DNA of 17,858 nucleotides from a virus (Duplodnaviria; Heunggongvirae; Uroviricota; Caudoviricetes): IMG/VR virus record IMGVR_UViG_2778261693_000003; one strand, 5' to 3'. Shown piece by piece: positions 16,039 to 17,858 of this stretch (position 1 is its first letter; each line of letters starts with the position of its first letter). The notes under the pieces were generated by a model. It saw only the letters and a program-made list of their open reading frames with translations, ran no database searches and was not told where the DNA came from. The position numbers and the translations under genes were made by a program.

Positions 16039-17565
16039 ATGAAAAAAGCCATAGCATATATGCGATTTTCATCACCAGGTCAGATGTCTGGCGACTCATT
16101 AAACCGACAGAGAAGACTTATTGCTGAATGGTTAAAGGTAAATAGTGATTATTATCTTGATACCATAACATATGAAGATTTAGGATTAAGTGCATTCAAA
16201 GGAAAGCATGCACAATCAGGAGCTTTTTCGGAATTTTTAGATGCTATAGAGCATGGTTATATATTGCCAGGAACTACATTGTTAGTTGAAAGTCTGGACA
16301 GACTTTCAAGAGAAAAAGTCGGTGAAGCGATTGAACGTCTGAAATTGATTTTGAATCACGGTATTGATGTTATAACTCTTTGCGACAATACAGTCTATAA
16401 TATTGACTCTTTGAATGAGCCATATTCATTAATAAAAGCCATACTTATAGCACAAAGGGCAAATGAAGAAAGCGAGATAAAGTCAAGTCGGGTTAAATTA
16501 TCATGGAAGAAAAAACGGCAGGATGCACTGGAATCAGGTACGATTATGACGGCGTCTTGTCCGAGATGGCTCTCCTTAGATGACAAAAGAACGGCTTTTG
16601 TTCCAGACCCCGACAGGGTGAAAACTATTGAGCTAATTTTTAAACTCAGGATGGAAAGGCGCTCATTGAATGCAATAGCCAAGTATTTAAATGATCATGC
16701 TGTAAAGAATTTCTCAGGAAAAGAAAGTGCATGGGGACCTTCTGTAATTGAAAAATTATTAGCGAATAAAGCTCTGATAGGTATATGCGTACCTTCATAT
16801 CGTGCAAGAGGGAAAGGGATAAGTGAAATCGCTGGCTATTATCCCAGAGTCATATCAGATGATTTGTTTTACGCTGTACAGGAAATTCGGTTGGCACCTT
16901 TTGGTATTAGCAATAGTAGCAAGAATCCTATGCTAATAAATCTACTTCGAACAGTTATGAAGTGTGAGGCTTGTGGTAATACCATGATTGTTCATGCGGT
17001 ATCTGGAAGTTTGCATGGCTATTATGTTTGTCCGATGAGAAGATTACATCGATGTGACAGGCCATCAATAAAAAGAGATTTGGTTGATTATAATATCATT
17101 AATGAATTGCTTTTTAATTGTAGCAAAATTCAACCAGTTGAAAACAAGAAAGATGCTAATGAAACTTTAGAGTTAAAAATTATTGAGCTTCAGATGAAAA
17201 TTAATAATTTAATCGTTGCATTGTCTGTCGCGCCTGAAGTTACCGCTATAGCAGAGAAAATAAGACTATTAGATAAGGAATTACGAAGGGCTTCGGTATC
17301 ATTGAAAACTTTGAAGAGTAAAGGTGTAAATTCATTCAGTGATTTTTATGCTATTGACTTAACCAGTAAAAATGGACGAGAGTTATGCCGTACACTTGCC
17401 TATAAAACATTCGAAAAAATCATAATTAATACGGATAATAAAACCTGTGATATCTATTTTATGAATGGCATTGTTTTTAAACACTATCCTTTAATGAAAG
17501 TAATATCCGCCCAGCAGGCGATAAGTGCTCTCAAATATATGGTTGATGGTGAGATTTATTTCTAA
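16039..17565 (+). CDS. ybcK: Large serine recombinase (resolvase/invertase-type N-terminal catalytic domain, recombinase domain, Cys-rich zinc ribbon), 508 aa
   Basis: N-terminus MKKAIAYMRFSSPGQ carries the catalytic-serine context of serine recombinases. Cys cluster CEACGN...CPMRRLHRCD. AT-rich gene adjacent to emrE, as in DLP12. Confidence 0.85.
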   Translation: MKKAIAYMRFSSPGQMSGDSLNRQRRLIAEWLKVNSDYYLDTITYEDLGLSAFKGKHAQSGAFSEFLDAIEHGYILPGTTLLVESLDRLSREKVGEAIERLKLILNHGIDVITLCDNTVYNIDSLNEPYSLIKAILIAQRANEESEIKSSRVKLSWKKKRQDALESGTIMTASCPRWLSLDDKRTAFVPDPDRVKTIELIFKLRMERRSLNAIAKYLNDHAVKNFSGKESAWGPSVIEKLLANKALIGICVPSYRARGKGISEIAGYYPRVISDDLFYAVQEIRLAPFGISNSSKNPMLINLLRTVMKCEACGNTMIVHAVSGSLHGYYVCPMRRLHRCDRPSIKRDLVDYNIINELLFNCSKIQPVENKKDANETLELKIIELQMKINNLIVALSVAPEVTAIAEKIRLLDKELRRASVSLKTLKSKGVNSFSDFYAIDLTSKNGRELCRTLAYKTFEKIIINTDNKTCDIYFMNGIVFKHYPLMKVISAQQAISALKYMVDGEIYF

Positions 17566-17731
17566 ATAATGATCTCGGATTTTAAGTTATGCTATGGTGA
17601 TAAAGTGCAAGACAGAATTAATTATCTTTGACGAAACTTAATGGGTAATTACTTTGTTTGCTCCCACAAGCGAGTTTTGTACGGCTGTATTGGGGTAGTA
17701 AATGAGCTATACAATCTTAATCATTTGTTAG

Positions 17732-17858
17732 GGAAGGTGCGAACAAGTTCCTGATATGAGATCATCATATTCATCCGGAGCGCATCCCAGAGGGACATCA
17801 TGAGCCATCAACTCACCTTCGCCGATAGTGAATTCAGCACTAAGCGCCGTCAGACCCG
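17732..17858 (+). mobile_element. IS5: IS5 left end (element continues right of the window)
   Basis: GGAAGGTGCGAACAAGTTCCTGATATGAGATCATCAT matches the IS5 terminal sequence as I remember it, followed by the transposase start. Confidence 0.85.
17800..17858 (+). CDS. insH: IS5 transposase InsH, N-terminal 19 codons only
   Basis: ATG at 17800, then MSHQLTFADSEFSTKRRQT, the IS5 transposase N-terminus. Confidence 0.8.
   Translation, partial: MSHQLTFADSEFSTKRRQT

Overview
The window looks like an Escherichia coli-type chromosomal segment in three parts. (1) Positions 1-212 are one end of an IS1 element that has inserted into a fimbrial chaperone gene (sfmC-like); the surviving 3' part of the chaperone is followed by an intact usher (sfmD), two fimbrial subunit/adhesin genes (sfmH, sfmF) and a convergent LuxR-type response regulator (fimZ). 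(2) tRNA-Arg(UCU) (argU) at 5604-5680 is the integration site of a DLP12-like lambdoid prophage that fills the rest of the window: integrase, excisionase, small accessory ORFs, a lambda-type Red module (exo-bet-gam with orf60a/orf63-like ORFs), a single unrelated ORF at the kil position, OL/pL, an AT-rich lipoprotein gene at the rexAB position, cI, OR, cro, a cII-position gene, a hybrid O gene with ori iterons, P and ren. (3) An AT-rich cargo block carries emrE (SMR efflux) and a 508-aa large serine recombinase (ybcK-like), followed by the left end of an IS5 at the window edge. All family assignments come from reading the translations and from remembered reference sequences; no database search was run. 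The candidates most worth follow-up are the lysogeny-side lipoprotein gene, the pL-proximal region (no recognisable N gene, structured leader, non-lambda kil-position ORF), the chain of overlapping small ORFs left of exo, and the emrE/serine-recombinase cargo.
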